DNA of 64,000 nt, taken from Chloroflexota bacterium. Lineage in GTDB: Bacteria; Chloroflexota; UBA11872. The stretch lies in assembly GCA_026708035.1 (NCBI GenBank), contig JAPOVQ010000006.1:123554-187553 (forward strand). The letters run 5' to 3'. The notes beneath the pieces are model-generated. The model searched no databases. It worked only from the letters and a program-made list of their open reading frames with translations, and was not told where the DNA came from. A program made the position numbers and the translations under genes. Below, in pieces: positions 20,120 to 33,053 of the stretch. How positions within the stretch are numbered: position 1 is the stretch's first letter; every line of letters starts with the position of its first letter.

Positions 20120-20164
20120 GGCTCCCTCTCCCCTGGAGAGAGAGGGCTGGGGTGAGGGGGATCC
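20120..20164. repeat. palindromic repeat family B (GGTCCCCTCTCCC-n4-GGGAGAGGG-TAGGGTGAGGGG) copy
   Basis: GGCTCCCTCTCCCCTGGAGAGAGAGGGCTGGGGTGAGGGGGATCC. Lies inside the longest ORF of the DUF3179 gene. Confidence 0.65.
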
Positions 20165-20500
20165 GAGACTCGGGCGTGGAAGATCGGCCATTTATGCAAG
20201 GGTCTCTTTCAAGGGGGACGGGACCGTACTTCGGCGGCGGTGGCGGGGTGTCTCACCCTGACCACAATGACCGGCTCCATCTTGAGCAGCCATGCGCGCC
20301 CTTGAGCTATCATCGCCGCTACTGTCAGTGGCCCCATTGTCAGGCCGCCGTATTTCACATGCGCTATTGACGTCCATTGCCAAGACTCCGGTGGGGGGCC
20401 TTCATCAAGCCATACGTATTCGGCCGCGATGCCGTTTGGCCTACCGTGGCAAAGCCACCGTTCGGGCACATGATGCCGACCATCTTGCCGAGCGGCTGAC

Positions 20501-21376
20501 GTGACTGTCGACGCCAAGGACCTTCCCTCGCCCGAGGACCTGCACTTTGGGCACTTCGCGGCGGTGCCCGAGTATCGCCAAGTCAACCGCGAGCTCGTGC
20601 AAGAGCTGTTTCGCCACATGCCGAATCCCTTCGTGCACGTCGACCTGGCCACGGGCACGGGACTCGTGCCGCAGCTCCTGATCGAGGAGGCCGAGAAGCA
20701 GGGATTCCGGGGCACGATCATCGGCATCGACCGCAGCCCCAAGGCGCTGGAAATCGCCGAGGCCACCACGCCCCGACCGTCAAACATCGACCTGCGCTTC
20801 GTGGAAGCCGACGCGCGCTATCTCGAGCGGCTGCAAGGCGATGAGCTACCCGCCGACGGCGCCGACAGCCTGAGCATTCACGACGCCATCCACGAGATCA
20901 CCGACCAGGAGGGGCAGCGCCAGGTCTACAGCGGCATGGCGGCCATCGCGCGCGAGGGCGCCCTGCTGTCGTCGAACAGCACGTTCACGACCGTCTCGAT
21001 GGCAGTGGCGAACTCGATGCGGGGACACGGCGAGTGGAAGCTGCACTTCATGCGACTCACCGGCGCCCGCCGCAACGACAAGGGCGGCTCGCTGCCCTAT
21101 CGCCGGCCCGAGGACTACCGCAAGATGATCGAGGAGGCGGGATTCAAGGTCGTGCACGAGCTGGAGCGGGCAATCCACCTCACGCGCGAAGCCCTCAAGG
21201 CCATCGCCCGCTATCCCGCGTTCGTGGAAGGCGTGGCAGGCGACCTGGACTTTCCGCGCAAATTCAGCCTGGCGGAGCAGAGCCACTACCTGAGCCTGGC
21301 CGTCGACAAAGTGCGCTACGACGGCCTGCCGCGCATCTGGCACGAGATCATCGGGCGGAGACGCGCGAAGCCGTAG
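20501..21376 (+). CDS. class I SAM-dependent methyltransferase
   Basis: SAM-binding motif VDLATGTG and motif-II/III-like regions in a 291-aa translation. Confidence 0.75.
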   Translation: MTVDAKDLPSPEDLHFGHFAAVPEYRQVNRELVQELFRHMPNPFVHVDLATGTGLVPQLLIEEAEKQGFRGTIIGIDRSPKALEIAEATTPRPSNIDLRFVEADARYLERLQGDELPADGADSLSIHDAIHEITDQEGQRQVYSGMAAIAREGALLSSNSTFTTVSMAVANSMRGHGEWKLHFMRLTGARRNDKGGSLPYRRPEDYRKMIEEAGFKVVHELERAIHLTREALKAIARYPAFVEGVAGDLDFPRKFSLAEQSHYLSLAVDKVRYDGLPRIWHEIIGRRRAKP

Positions 21377-21475
21377 GCGCGACTGTTCGTCGGCGCGCGA
21401 GTCCGTCATTCCCGCGAAAAGCCTGTCCCGAAGGTGGCTACTGGTGCGGGGGCAACATGCACTTCGGCGATGACG

Positions 21476-21624
21476 TCCCCTCATCCCACCCTTCTCCCCA
21501 GGGGAGAAGGAGCCGAACGAACCGCCCGATTAGCGACGCATCCGCCAAAAGACTCCCGCCCCACCCGCGGGCCGGGACCGCCGGTCCGGTCCCCTCTCCC
21601 ACAGGGAGAGGGCTAGGGTGAGGG
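21476..21624. repeat. two family-B palindromic repeats (opposite orientations) in the MTase-lhr spacer
   Basis: CCCCTCATCCCACCCTTCTCCCCAGGGGAGAAGG (21476-21510) and GGTCCCCTCTCCCACAGGGAGAGGGCTAGGGTGAGGGG (21587-21624). Confidence 0.65.
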
Positions 21625-21649
21625 GCTCCGGCGCGGCTACCATGCCCCC

Positions 21650-25900
<4,251 letters not shown>

Positions 25901-26081
25901 CAAGCCCGACGCGGCGCTGCACAATCCACCCAAGGGCCCAATGCGTACTGATTCAAGGAGACGGAGCGCCCACTGAAGCCCGCCCGACACGGTGGGCCGC
26001 TACAGACGCCATTGGCCACTTGGGGCGCGCGCAACCGCCCAGCGTCGGACGCGCGCCACCGCCGGGCAGCGGAGATTGAGC

Positions 26082-27278
26082 ATGACGGATCGAATGCGTT
26101 GGCTAGGTCTGGCGGGGGCCCTCGCCGCCATCGTGGCGATCATCGCCGTCATCCTTGTCGTGGTGCAGCCGCCGCAGGCCGTCAGCGTGGTTCCCGGACC
26201 GGACGAACCGACCGCGCCCGAGACCGCGCCCACGGTGGCGCAGGCCGTACCGGCAACGCCGCAAGTCGCAGCCCCGGCGTCGTGGGCGGCGCCGGCCACA
26301 TCGCAGGCGACGGCGCCGCCCACGCCCCAGGCAGCGGCAACGCCCGAGCCTTCGGGGCCGCTGGCGCCCGAGTTCGTGCGCGTCACCCAGTGGCTAAACA
26401 GCCCGGCGCTGAGCCTGGCCGAGCTGCGCGGCCGGGTGGTGCTGATCGATGTGTGGACCTTTGGCTGCTACAACTGCCGCAACACCCTGCCCTACCTCCG
26501 CGACTGGCACGCGAAGTACGCCTCCGAGGGCTTGCAGATCGTCGGGGTGCACACGCCCGAGTTTGAGTTCGAGCAGGTCGAGGCCAACGTGCGCGAGGCC
26601 ATGATCCGGCTGAACGTGACCTGGCCGGTAGCCATGGACAACAACTGGGGCACCTGGCGCGCCTACCAGAATCGCTATTGGCCGCGTAAATACCTGGTGG
26701 ATCAGCAGGGCCGAATCCGGTTCGACGTGATCGGTGAAGGGTCCTACGCGGAGATGGAACGCCGCATTCGCGAGCTGCTCACCGAGGGCGGGGCCTCGCT
26801 CGACCACATCCCCGTGGGCGGCGTGGACGAAGGCGCCGCGCCTGCGCAGACGGCGCTGTTCACGGGTGACTCGTGGGACGAAGGTCGGTTCCTGGCCGTC
26901 GAGGGCACGGGAGAAGCGGCCAGACTCGGGCTGCGCGGTGGCTGGACCGTGGAGTCCGACCGCGTGCAGCCGGACCCGGACGTGGGATCGACCGCTTGGG
27001 ACGCGACCGTCGTCGTGACATCGGGCATGGCGAACCTTTCCGCGGCGGCGACCTCGGAAGTGCCGGTGCTCGTGAAGGTGACGCTGGACGGGATGCCTGT
27101 TCCGGAACCGCTGCGCGGTGCTCACGTCTTCGCGGGGTACGACGGCGCGACGTTTGTCGAGATAGGTGCCTTCGGCACCTATGGACTGCTGCGCAACGGC
27201 GACGCCGGACCGCGTGAGCTGCGGCTGCACACCTCCGACGCCGGCCTGTCGCTCTATACCTTCGTTTTCGGTGCGTAG
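26082..27278 (+). CDS. membrane-anchored thioredoxin-like thiol:disulfide oxidoreductase (TlpA/ResA-like)
   Basis: N-terminal TM helix, Pro/Ala-rich linker, then a thioredoxin fold with CYNC active site (WTFGCYNC). Extra C-terminal domain of about 170 aa. ATG 26082 preceded by GGAG. Confidence 0.75.
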   Translation: MTDRMRWLGLAGALAAIVAIIAVILVVVQPPQAVSVVPGPDEPTAPETAPTVAQAVPATPQVAAPASWAAPATSQATAPPTPQAAATPEPSGPLAPEFVRVTQWLNSPALSLAELRGRVVLIDVWTFGCYNCRNTLPYLRDWHAKYASEGLQIVGVHTPEFEFEQVEANVREAMIRLNVTWPVAMDNNWGTWRAYQNRYWPRKYLVDQQGRIRFDVIGEGSYAEMERRIRELLTEGGASLDHIPVGGVDEGAAPAQTALFTGDSWDEGRFLAVEGTGEAARLGLRGGWTVESDRVQPDPDVGSTAWDATVVVTSGMANLSAAATSEVPVLVKVTLDGMPVPEPLRGAHVFAGYDGATFVEIGAFGTYGLLRNGDAGPRELRLHTSDAGLSLYTFVFGA

Positions 27279-27289
27279 CGCCTCCCGCC

Positions 27290-28006
27290 GTGGACCAATC
27301 GGTCAACCTGGCGGTGGCGTTCGGAGCGGGGGTGGCCTCGTTCATCGCGCCGTGCACGCTCGCGCTGGTGCCGGCCTACGTGCTCTATCTCGGCGGCCTC
27401 ACCTTGAGCGACGGAGACGCGGCGGGCGCCCGCGCGACCCGCGGCGCGACGCTGCGAAGCGTCTTGGCCTTCACGGTTGGTTTCACGTCGGTATTCGTGA
27501 TTCTCGGGGCTTCGCTCGGAGCGCTCACGCAGACCCTGGCCGACCATTCGGTGTGGCTGAACCGGGTGGGCGGCACGCTGATCATCCTGCTGGGGCTGAT
27601 GGCCCTGGGGCTGCTGCGGGTTCCGCTGGCGCAGCGCGGCTTTGCGTTCCGCCCGCAGGTGTCCTCCCAGCTGCACGTGGCGGGCGCATTCCTGGTCGGC
27701 GGCACGTTCGCGGTCAGCTGGGTTCCCTGCGTGGGACCCATCCTCGGAGCGATCCTGGTGCTGGCGGCCACCACGGCATCCGTGGGCGAAGGTGCGCTGC
27801 TGCTGCTGGCCTACTCGCTGGGCATGATGCTGCCGTTCGCGGCCGCCGGGGCATTCTCCGGGTGGACGCGCGCGCTGCTCCAGCGCCACGGCCAGGCGCT
27901 CGGCTACGCGACCCACGCGGGGGGCATCCTGCTCATCGCGCTGGGGATCGTGGTTTTCACCAATCTCATGCCCGTTATCGCGAGATATATCCCAATTGGC
28001 GTATGA
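27290..28006 (+). CDS. ccdA: cytochrome c-type biogenesis / disulfide-reductant transfer protein CcdA
   Basis: Six-TM DsbD-core protein with a Cys in TM1 (FIAPCTLALVP) and a second conserved Cys (VPCVGP). GTG start. Confidence 0.8.
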   Translation: MDQSVNLAVAFGAGVASFIAPCTLALVPAYVLYLGGLTLSDGDAAGARATRGATLRSVLAFTVGFTSVFVILGASLGALTQTLADHSVWLNRVGGTLIILLGLMALGLLRVPLAQRGFAFRPQVSSQLHVAGAFLVGGTFAVSWVPCVGPILGAILVLAATTASVGEGALLLLAYSLGMMLPFAAAGAFSGWTRALLQRHGQALGYATHAGGILLIALGIVVFTNLMPVIARYIPIGV

Positions 28007-28110
28007 CGGGCGCGACGAACGGAATAGAATGGAGCAGGGTCACGGATGTGCGGCGACGCGCGACGGGCGCGGCCGGCGCAGGGCCTGGACCCTAGGACGG
28101 AGCGAGGAAC

Positions 28111-29583
28111 ATGAACAGCACGCCGGACAGCCAGGCCGCGGCGCGGCTCGCCGCCGCCGTTGGGCAGATCCTTCCCGTGGATGGCGAGCGCTCGCTGATG
28201 GCGGTTGCCGCCAAGTACGACCTCGAAGTCGCGCCCGCCGATGACGGGGAGACATTCGCCGGCCAATTGATCGTCGCGGCCGGCGAGGCCGACCGCCTCG
28301 ATGACGTGGTGCGGGACCTGGTCACCGAGAGCGTCCTGTACCGACGGGAAGCGCGTGAGCCGGTCGACTCCGTCGAATACGGCGAGCTGTCGGCGGCGGC
28401 GCAGGCACTTGGAGTTGCGGCGCCGCTATTGGAGGAGATCGACGGCGCAACCGCGGATGTCGACGGCGCCGAGCGGCGCACCCGGCTCTTGGGCGCCATG
28501 TTTGCGCTCTACTCCGACATGATGAGCGGTCCGGAAGAGGATCGGCCCCTGAAGCTGGCGAATGTCCTCGGCGGGCTGCTGCGGGCCAACGAAATCGACA
28601 TCTTGCGTCTGCCCCAAGCCCGCGCCGACGATGTGCGCGGCGTCGTGCGCATGGGCGGCATCGAGCACCTCCTCACGGCCGTGTGGGAAGCCGGTGACGA
28701 CCCGCTGACGGTCGACACGTCGGAAGAATCCATCCAGGCGCAGGATCGGCGCACGCTGATCGTGGCGCTCCAAGGGTTCCCGCGCGAAATGCGGCTGCAT
28801 CCGGAACGTGACCGCCGCAAGATCCTGCTCGACGGCCGCGATCTGACCCTGCTGCTGGAAGGCCGTTGGACCGTGCCGCACGCCGTGCGCTGGAAGGCCC
28901 GCGAGCAGCGCGAAACGGGAGTGTTTGCGCGCCTGCCAATGGCCCCGCCCGAAAACGATCCGACGGCGCTGGCGCTGTCGTCGGACACCGCCGAGATCGT
29001 CGAGGTTGAGGCCGACCAGAAGACGCTGGCGGCCAACGTCGCCGAATTCGACCAGACGATCTCGGAGGAGATCGAGGCGTCGGAAGCGGAAGCCAAGCGC
29101 CTCCGCGTCGTCGGATTCATTCTGGCCGGAATCGCCGCGGTCGTGATCGCGGGTCTGTTCATCAATTCCAAGGTCCAAGAGTCGATCGCGGCCGGGAACC
29201 TCGACGCCGCCAGCGTCACGGCCATGCGCGCCGCCCAGGCGCAAGAAGATGCCCTGGAACGGCTTGAGATCACCGGCCTGAACCGGTACTTCTCTGACGA
29301 CGTCATTGCCAGCATTCGGCAGCAAATCGAAAGTTTGCGCGCGAACAACGTTTACATCACCGCCCGCATCGACCGCGAGGTCTTGCGCGAAAACTCAGGC
29401 GTACAAGACGAGTTGGCGTTCATCGCCTTTCGCGAGACGGGGGAAACCGAGCTGCGCGGCCAGGGCGACGGGCGCATTATCAGCAGTGATCCGGCGTACC
29501 GCGCCGTTCTGGGCTTCATCATGTCTCGGAGCGAGGCCGGCCAATGGATGGTCACGGACCGGCGCGTGTTCGACAGCAGCTAA
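28111..29583 (+). CDS. hypothetical protein with one predicted TM helix (function unknown)
   Basis: 490-aa ORF with coding-like GC3. Single hydrophobic segment near residue 350. No motif recognised. Confidence 0.55.
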   Translation: MNSTPDSQAAARLAAAVGQILPVDGERSLMAVAAKYDLEVAPADDGETFAGQLIVAAGEADRLDDVVRDLVTESVLYRREAREPVDSVEYGELSAAAQALGVAAPLLEEIDGATADVDGAERRTRLLGAMFALYSDMMSGPEEDRPLKLANVLGGLLRANEIDILRLPQARADDVRGVVRMGGIEHLLTAVWEAGDDPLTVDTSEESIQAQDRRTLIVALQGFPREMRLHPERDRRKILLDGRDLTLLLEGRWTVPHAVRWKAREQRETGVFARLPMAPPENDPTALALSSDTAEIVEVEADQKTLAANVAEFDQTISEEIEASEAEAKRLRVVGFILAGIAAVVIAGLFINSKVQESIAAGNLDAASVTAMRAAQAQEDALERLEITGLNRYFSDDVIASIRQQIESLRANNVYITARIDREVLRENSGVQDELAFIAFRETGETELRGQGDGRIISSDPAYRAVLGFIMSRSEAGQWMVTDRRVFDSS

Positions 29584-29650
29584 CGCCGCGACGGGCTGAA
29601 CCGGCCCGAATCGCCGTTAGGTATTCTGGCGCGCGGTTCGGGGCCGCCAG

Positions 29651-29725
29651 GGCGACGTAGCCAAGTGGTAAGGCGGGGGTCTGCAAAACCCCTATTCCTC
29701 GGTTCGATTCCGAGCGTCGCCTCCA
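29651..29725 (+). tRNA. tRNA-Cys (anticodon GCA), CCA encoded
   Basis: Cloverleaf readable by eye. Acceptor GGCGACG/CGTCGCC; anticodon stem GGGGT/ACCCC with loop CTGCAAA; T-arm CTCGG-TTCGATT-CCGAG; 3' TCCA. Confidence 0.85.
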
Positions 29726-29774
29726 ATTGAGGTCCTGATCGGACCGACCGCGACTCTCCCACCGGTCGGCGCGC

Positions 29775-31565
29775 CTAACCGTGCGCCGCGCGCCGCACGC
29801 GCTCCCACACCTGCTCGACGAGTTCTCGATCTAGGCCACCCGGAGGCGCCGGCAGAAACTCGTCCCGCCCGGCGCGGGCGTGCAGCCACGAAATGACGAT
29901 ATTGCGATGGTCGTCCGACACGGACTCATTGGACTGGCGGGGCTTTAGGAGGTCCTGCAGCGCGCGGCGAATCCCACCGCGGCGCGGGCGCGTCAAAACC
30001 ACGTGCCGCGCGATCTGGCCGTCGGCGATGAGCGCAATCTCCGCGTCGCCCGGCCGCCGACCGCTGTCCACGACGATCACGCGCTCGCCCCCGAGACCAC
30101 CGGCGAGTGGCAGACGCTCGGCGCGCGAACGTCGCAGCCGCCGCACGATCGACTCCCGCTCCTCGGCCGGTGCATCGGCATCGGTCACGACGGCGATCGC
30201 CGCCTCTCGGCCACCGCGCAGATAGTCCAACGCCGCGGCACGCCGCCAGGGTTCGACGGAGCACGCGCCCCGAGCCGGCAAGTCCAGGAGCCGGCGCGCG
30301 GCCTGTGCGGCCAGCCGCGCGTCCCGGGCCGTAGGGAACGGCCCCACGTAGTCGCCGGACTCACCCCGCATCGTCGCTGCGGTGTTGACCACCGCCGCCA
30401 CCGCCGGACCGACGTGGACCAATAGCCGCGAGGCGCGGCGTTGGCGCTGCACGTTGTAGATCGGCGCTAGCTCCGCGATGAGCTCCGCCTCGCGCAGGAG
30501 CGCGCGCAGCTCCGATCCCGTGACCTCCCAATCTATGTGATCGATTCGCGGCAGCATGTCGGCCCGTTGGCGCACGAAGCTGTGCGACGTGGTGAAGTGG
30601 GCCCGAACGCGGCGCTGGAGCGAGACGGTCTTGCCCACGTAGAGCGCTCGACCGGAGGGATCACGAAACACATAGGCGCCGGGAGACGGTGGCAAGTTTC
30701 GCGAGGCCCAACGCGCCAGCTCCTTGGCCCGCTGGGGCATCTGTCCCTCGGGACCGCCCTCCGCGCCCAGCGCGCGCAGCGCCTCGACGGTGGTGACGTC
30801 GCGGGCGCGCGCCCGGTCCACCAGCGCGGCGAATAGCCGATGCGTGGCGCGAGCGTCCGGCAGCGCCCGGTGGCGGGGCGACTCCTGCTCGCCAAGCAGC
30901 TCCAGCGCATCCGCCAGGCCGGAGACTTCGGCCTCCGGCATCAGCACCTGCATCAGCTCCATGGTGTCCAGGCCGTCGCCGGGAAAGAGCGGGCGCTGGG
31001 CCCACACGGCCTCCCGGTTGAGGTAGCCGAGATCGGTGGGCAGGTTGTGCGCGACGAGCACCGCGCCCGATTGAAATTCGCGGAAATCGTCCAGCACTCG
31101 CTCGATCGGCGGTGCGTCAATCAGCATCTCGTCGGTGACGCCGGTGTAGCGCGTGATGAACTTTGAGACGCGACCGGGAATGCGGACCAGGGTTTCGAAC
31201 GTGCCGACGACCGTTCCGCCGCGCACGCGCTCGGCGCCGACTTCGAGGACACGATGCCGCCCTCCACGTCCGCCATTCGTCTCGATGTCGAAGATCACGA
31301 ACTCCGCGTCGTTCAGGTCTTCAGCGCGGTGCCGCCACGCGGCCAGCTCCCACTGCCCTGCCGGCGCCTGCCGCAGTCGCTCGTCCTCCAGCAAAAGCGG
31401 CTCGAGCGCCCGAGTCGCCACGGCCGCGGCCTTCGACTCCACGTGGAGCACCGCCCGAGCCAGATGTTGCAGCGACAGCGGCCGGTCGGCGTCGGTGAGC
31501 TCGCCGATGGCGGCCTCAACGAGCGCGCTGCGCCGCGGACGGGCCGGTCCGTCCGCCACGGTCAC
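29775..31565 (-). CDS. DnaQ-like 3'-5' exonuclease fused to GIY-YIG nuclease domain (Cho/UvrC-like)
   Basis: Exo motif I FDIETNGG, exo III HRALPDARATH, then GIY-YIG (GAYVFRDPSGRALYVGKT...R). 596 aa. Confidence 0.75.
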   Translation of the reverse strand: MTVADGPARPRRSALVEAAIGELTDADRPLSLQHLARAVLHVESKAAAVATRALEPLLLEDERLRQAPAGQWELAAWRHRAEDLNDAEFVIFDIETNGGRGGRHRVLEVGAERVRGGTVVGTFETLVRIPGRVSKFITRYTGVTDEMLIDAPPIERVLDDFREFQSGAVLVAHNLPTDLGYLNREAVWAQRPLFPGDGLDTMELMQVLMPEAEVSGLADALELLGEQESPRHRALPDARATHRLFAALVDRARARDVTTVEALRALGAEGGPEGQMPQRAKELARWASRNLPPSPGAYVFRDPSGRALYVGKTVSLQRRVRAHFTTSHSFVRQRADMLPRIDHIDWEVTGSELRALLREAELIAELAPIYNVQRQRRASRLLVHVGPAVAAVVNTAATMRGESGDYVGPFPTARDARLAAQAARRLLDLPARGACSVEPWRRAAALDYLRGGREAAIAVVTDADAPAEERESIVRRLRRSRAERLPLAGGLGGERVIVVDSGRRPGDAEIALIADGQIARHVVLTRPRRGGIRRALQDLLKPRQSNESVSDDHRNIVISWLHARAGRDEFLPAPPGGLDRELVEQVWERVRRAAHG

Positions 31566-31584
31566 GCGGCGTGAGCGCGGCGCG

Positions 31585-31980
31585 TCATTCCTTGCGACCG
31601 CCGAGCAAAACGGACCCGACCATGTTGATCACGCCGACAATGATCGAACCGATCACCGCGCCGACCACGGTGCGAATCTCGATGGCCTCCACCGCTTGCG
31701 CCGCCAGCCAAAAGACCCCCGCGCTGACCAGCACGTGCGATAGCCCGAGGGTGAGGACGCCTAGCACGCAGGTGACTGGCTTGAGCAGCACATCCACCAC
31801 CGGTCGCACGTACGCATTTACCAGCGCCAGCACGGCGGCAAACGCCGCGATCGTGGTCCAGAAGTCGCGCGTGCCCTGCGGCGGAAACACGATGCCGTCG
31901 GGCACAAAGGCCGCCACGGCCATCGCCGCGAAGAAGCAGGTGACGAAACGCGCGAGGAGATAGCGCAGCTCGCGGGTCAT
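31585..31980 (-). CDS. phage holin family (4-TMS) membrane protein
   Basis: 131 aa with four hydrophobic helices. Resembles the widely distributed holin-4 family. No other phage genes nearby. Confidence 0.55.
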   Translation of the reverse strand: MTRELRYLLARFVTCFFAAMAVAAFVPDGIVFPPQGTRDFWTTIAAFAAVLALVNAYVRPVVDVLLKPVTCVLGVLTLGLSHVLVSAGVFWLAAQAVEAIEIRTVVGAVIGSIIVGVINMVGSVLLGGRKE

Positions 31981-32019
31981 GCACGACCCGTCGCAACACC
32001 GGCGGCAGCGGCCGCATGG

Positions 32020-32919
32020 CTACGCGGAGTCGCCGGAGCGAACCTCCACACCCGCAAGCTCCTCGAGCGGCTTGATCAGCGCCGCCGCATCCAGGTCGCC
32101 CAGCCCCTTGTGGCGCACCTCTTGATAGAGCTGGTCGGCCAGCGTCGTCGCCAGCAGGCGCACGTTGCTGCGCCGTCCCAACTCCAGCGCGAGGCCCAGG
32201 TCCTTGAGCAACAGCTCGACGCCGAATCGGGCCTCGAAATCGCCCGGAAACACGAGATTCGGCATGTCCACTTCCATGCAGCGGCTGGCGGCGTAGGCCC
32301 CCATGAGCGTGTCGAAGAGCTGCTGGGGGTTGATGCCGTTCTTGACCGCCAGCACGTAAGCCTCCGCGTTGGCGGCGCGAACCCCGGCAATGATCATTTG
32401 GTTGGCCAGCTTGGCCACGCAGCCCGCGCCCACCGGGCCGAAGTGCTGCACGTTGCCGCCCACGATGTCGAGCAGCTCCTGGCCGGCTTGCCAGTCCTCG
32501 GCCGTGCCGCCGACGAATACGGCAAGCGTGCCCGCCGTTGCGCCGGCCGGACCGCCGCTCACGGGAGCATCCAGGTAGCCAACGCCCTTGCCCGCGGCCT
32601 CGGCGGCGCAATGCTGCGCGGTGTCGGGACCGTTGGTGCCGAAGTCGATCCAAAGCTGGCCGTCTCGGGCCGTCTCGATGGCCCCGTTCTCGCCCAGCAG
32701 GATCTCCAAAGAGTCCTGCGGCAGCGGCACGTTGAGGCACACCACGTCCGACTGTGCGGCGACTTCCGCCGGCGTGTCGGCGGCCGTGCCGCCGTCCGCG
32801 ACAAAGTCGTCCACCTTGCCGCGGCTGCGGTTGTGCACGATCAGGTCGTGCCCGGCCGCTCGCAGGTTCGTCGCCATGGGGAGGCCCATCTTGCCGAGGC
32901 CGATATATCCAATTCGCAT
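32020..32919 (-). CDS. NAD(P)-dependent oxidoreductase, 3-hydroxyisobutyrate/2-hydroxy-3-oxopropionate reductase family
   Basis: N-terminal GLGKMG Rossmann motif and conserved catalytic Lys region (GAGCVAKLANQ). Confidence 0.8.
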   Translation of the reverse strand: MRIGYIGLGKMGLPMATNLRAAGHDLIVHNRSRGKVDDFVADGGTAADTPAEVAAQSDVVCLNVPLPQDSLEILLGENGAIETARDGQLWIDFGTNGPDTAQHCAAEAAGKGVGYLDAPVSGGPAGATAGTLAVFVGGTAEDWQAGQELLDIVGGNVQHFGPVGAGCVAKLANQMIIAGVRAANAEAYVLAVKNGINPQQLFDTLMGAYAASRCMEVDMPNLVFPGDFEARFGVELLLKDLGLALELGRRSNVRLLATTLADQLYQEVRHKGLGDLDAAALIKPLEELAGVEVRSGDSA

Positions 32920-33053
32920 GCGCGGCTAGCTCCTTAAGTCACTCAGTCAATTCGGCGGCGCGCCGCAGCCCTGATCCCGCCCGCGGGTGTGACCGTTCGG
33001 CGTCCGCGCCGCCGCTGGGGCATTCCCAGCCTCCGCAAACCATACCAACGGAC

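Noticed and set aside
20209-20787. 192-aa minus-strand ORF overlapping the start of the methyltransferase gene
   Set aside because: It overlaps a well-supported gene on the other strand, and has no RBS or start context and no recognisable domain. Most likely it is an artefact.
28040-28100. Possible small ORFs or regulatory element between ccdA and the 490-aa hypothetical gene
   Set aside because: Only about 100 bp, with no conserved motif or hairpin distinctive enough to call. It is probably just the intergenic RBS region.
29651-31980. Prophage or integrative element at tRNA-Cys
   Set aside because: Only a holin-family membrane protein and a nuclease are present. There is no integrase, no capsid or terminase genes and no duplicated tRNA 3' segment, and GC content is the same as the background. 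It is kept as a low-interest finding rather than called a mobile element.
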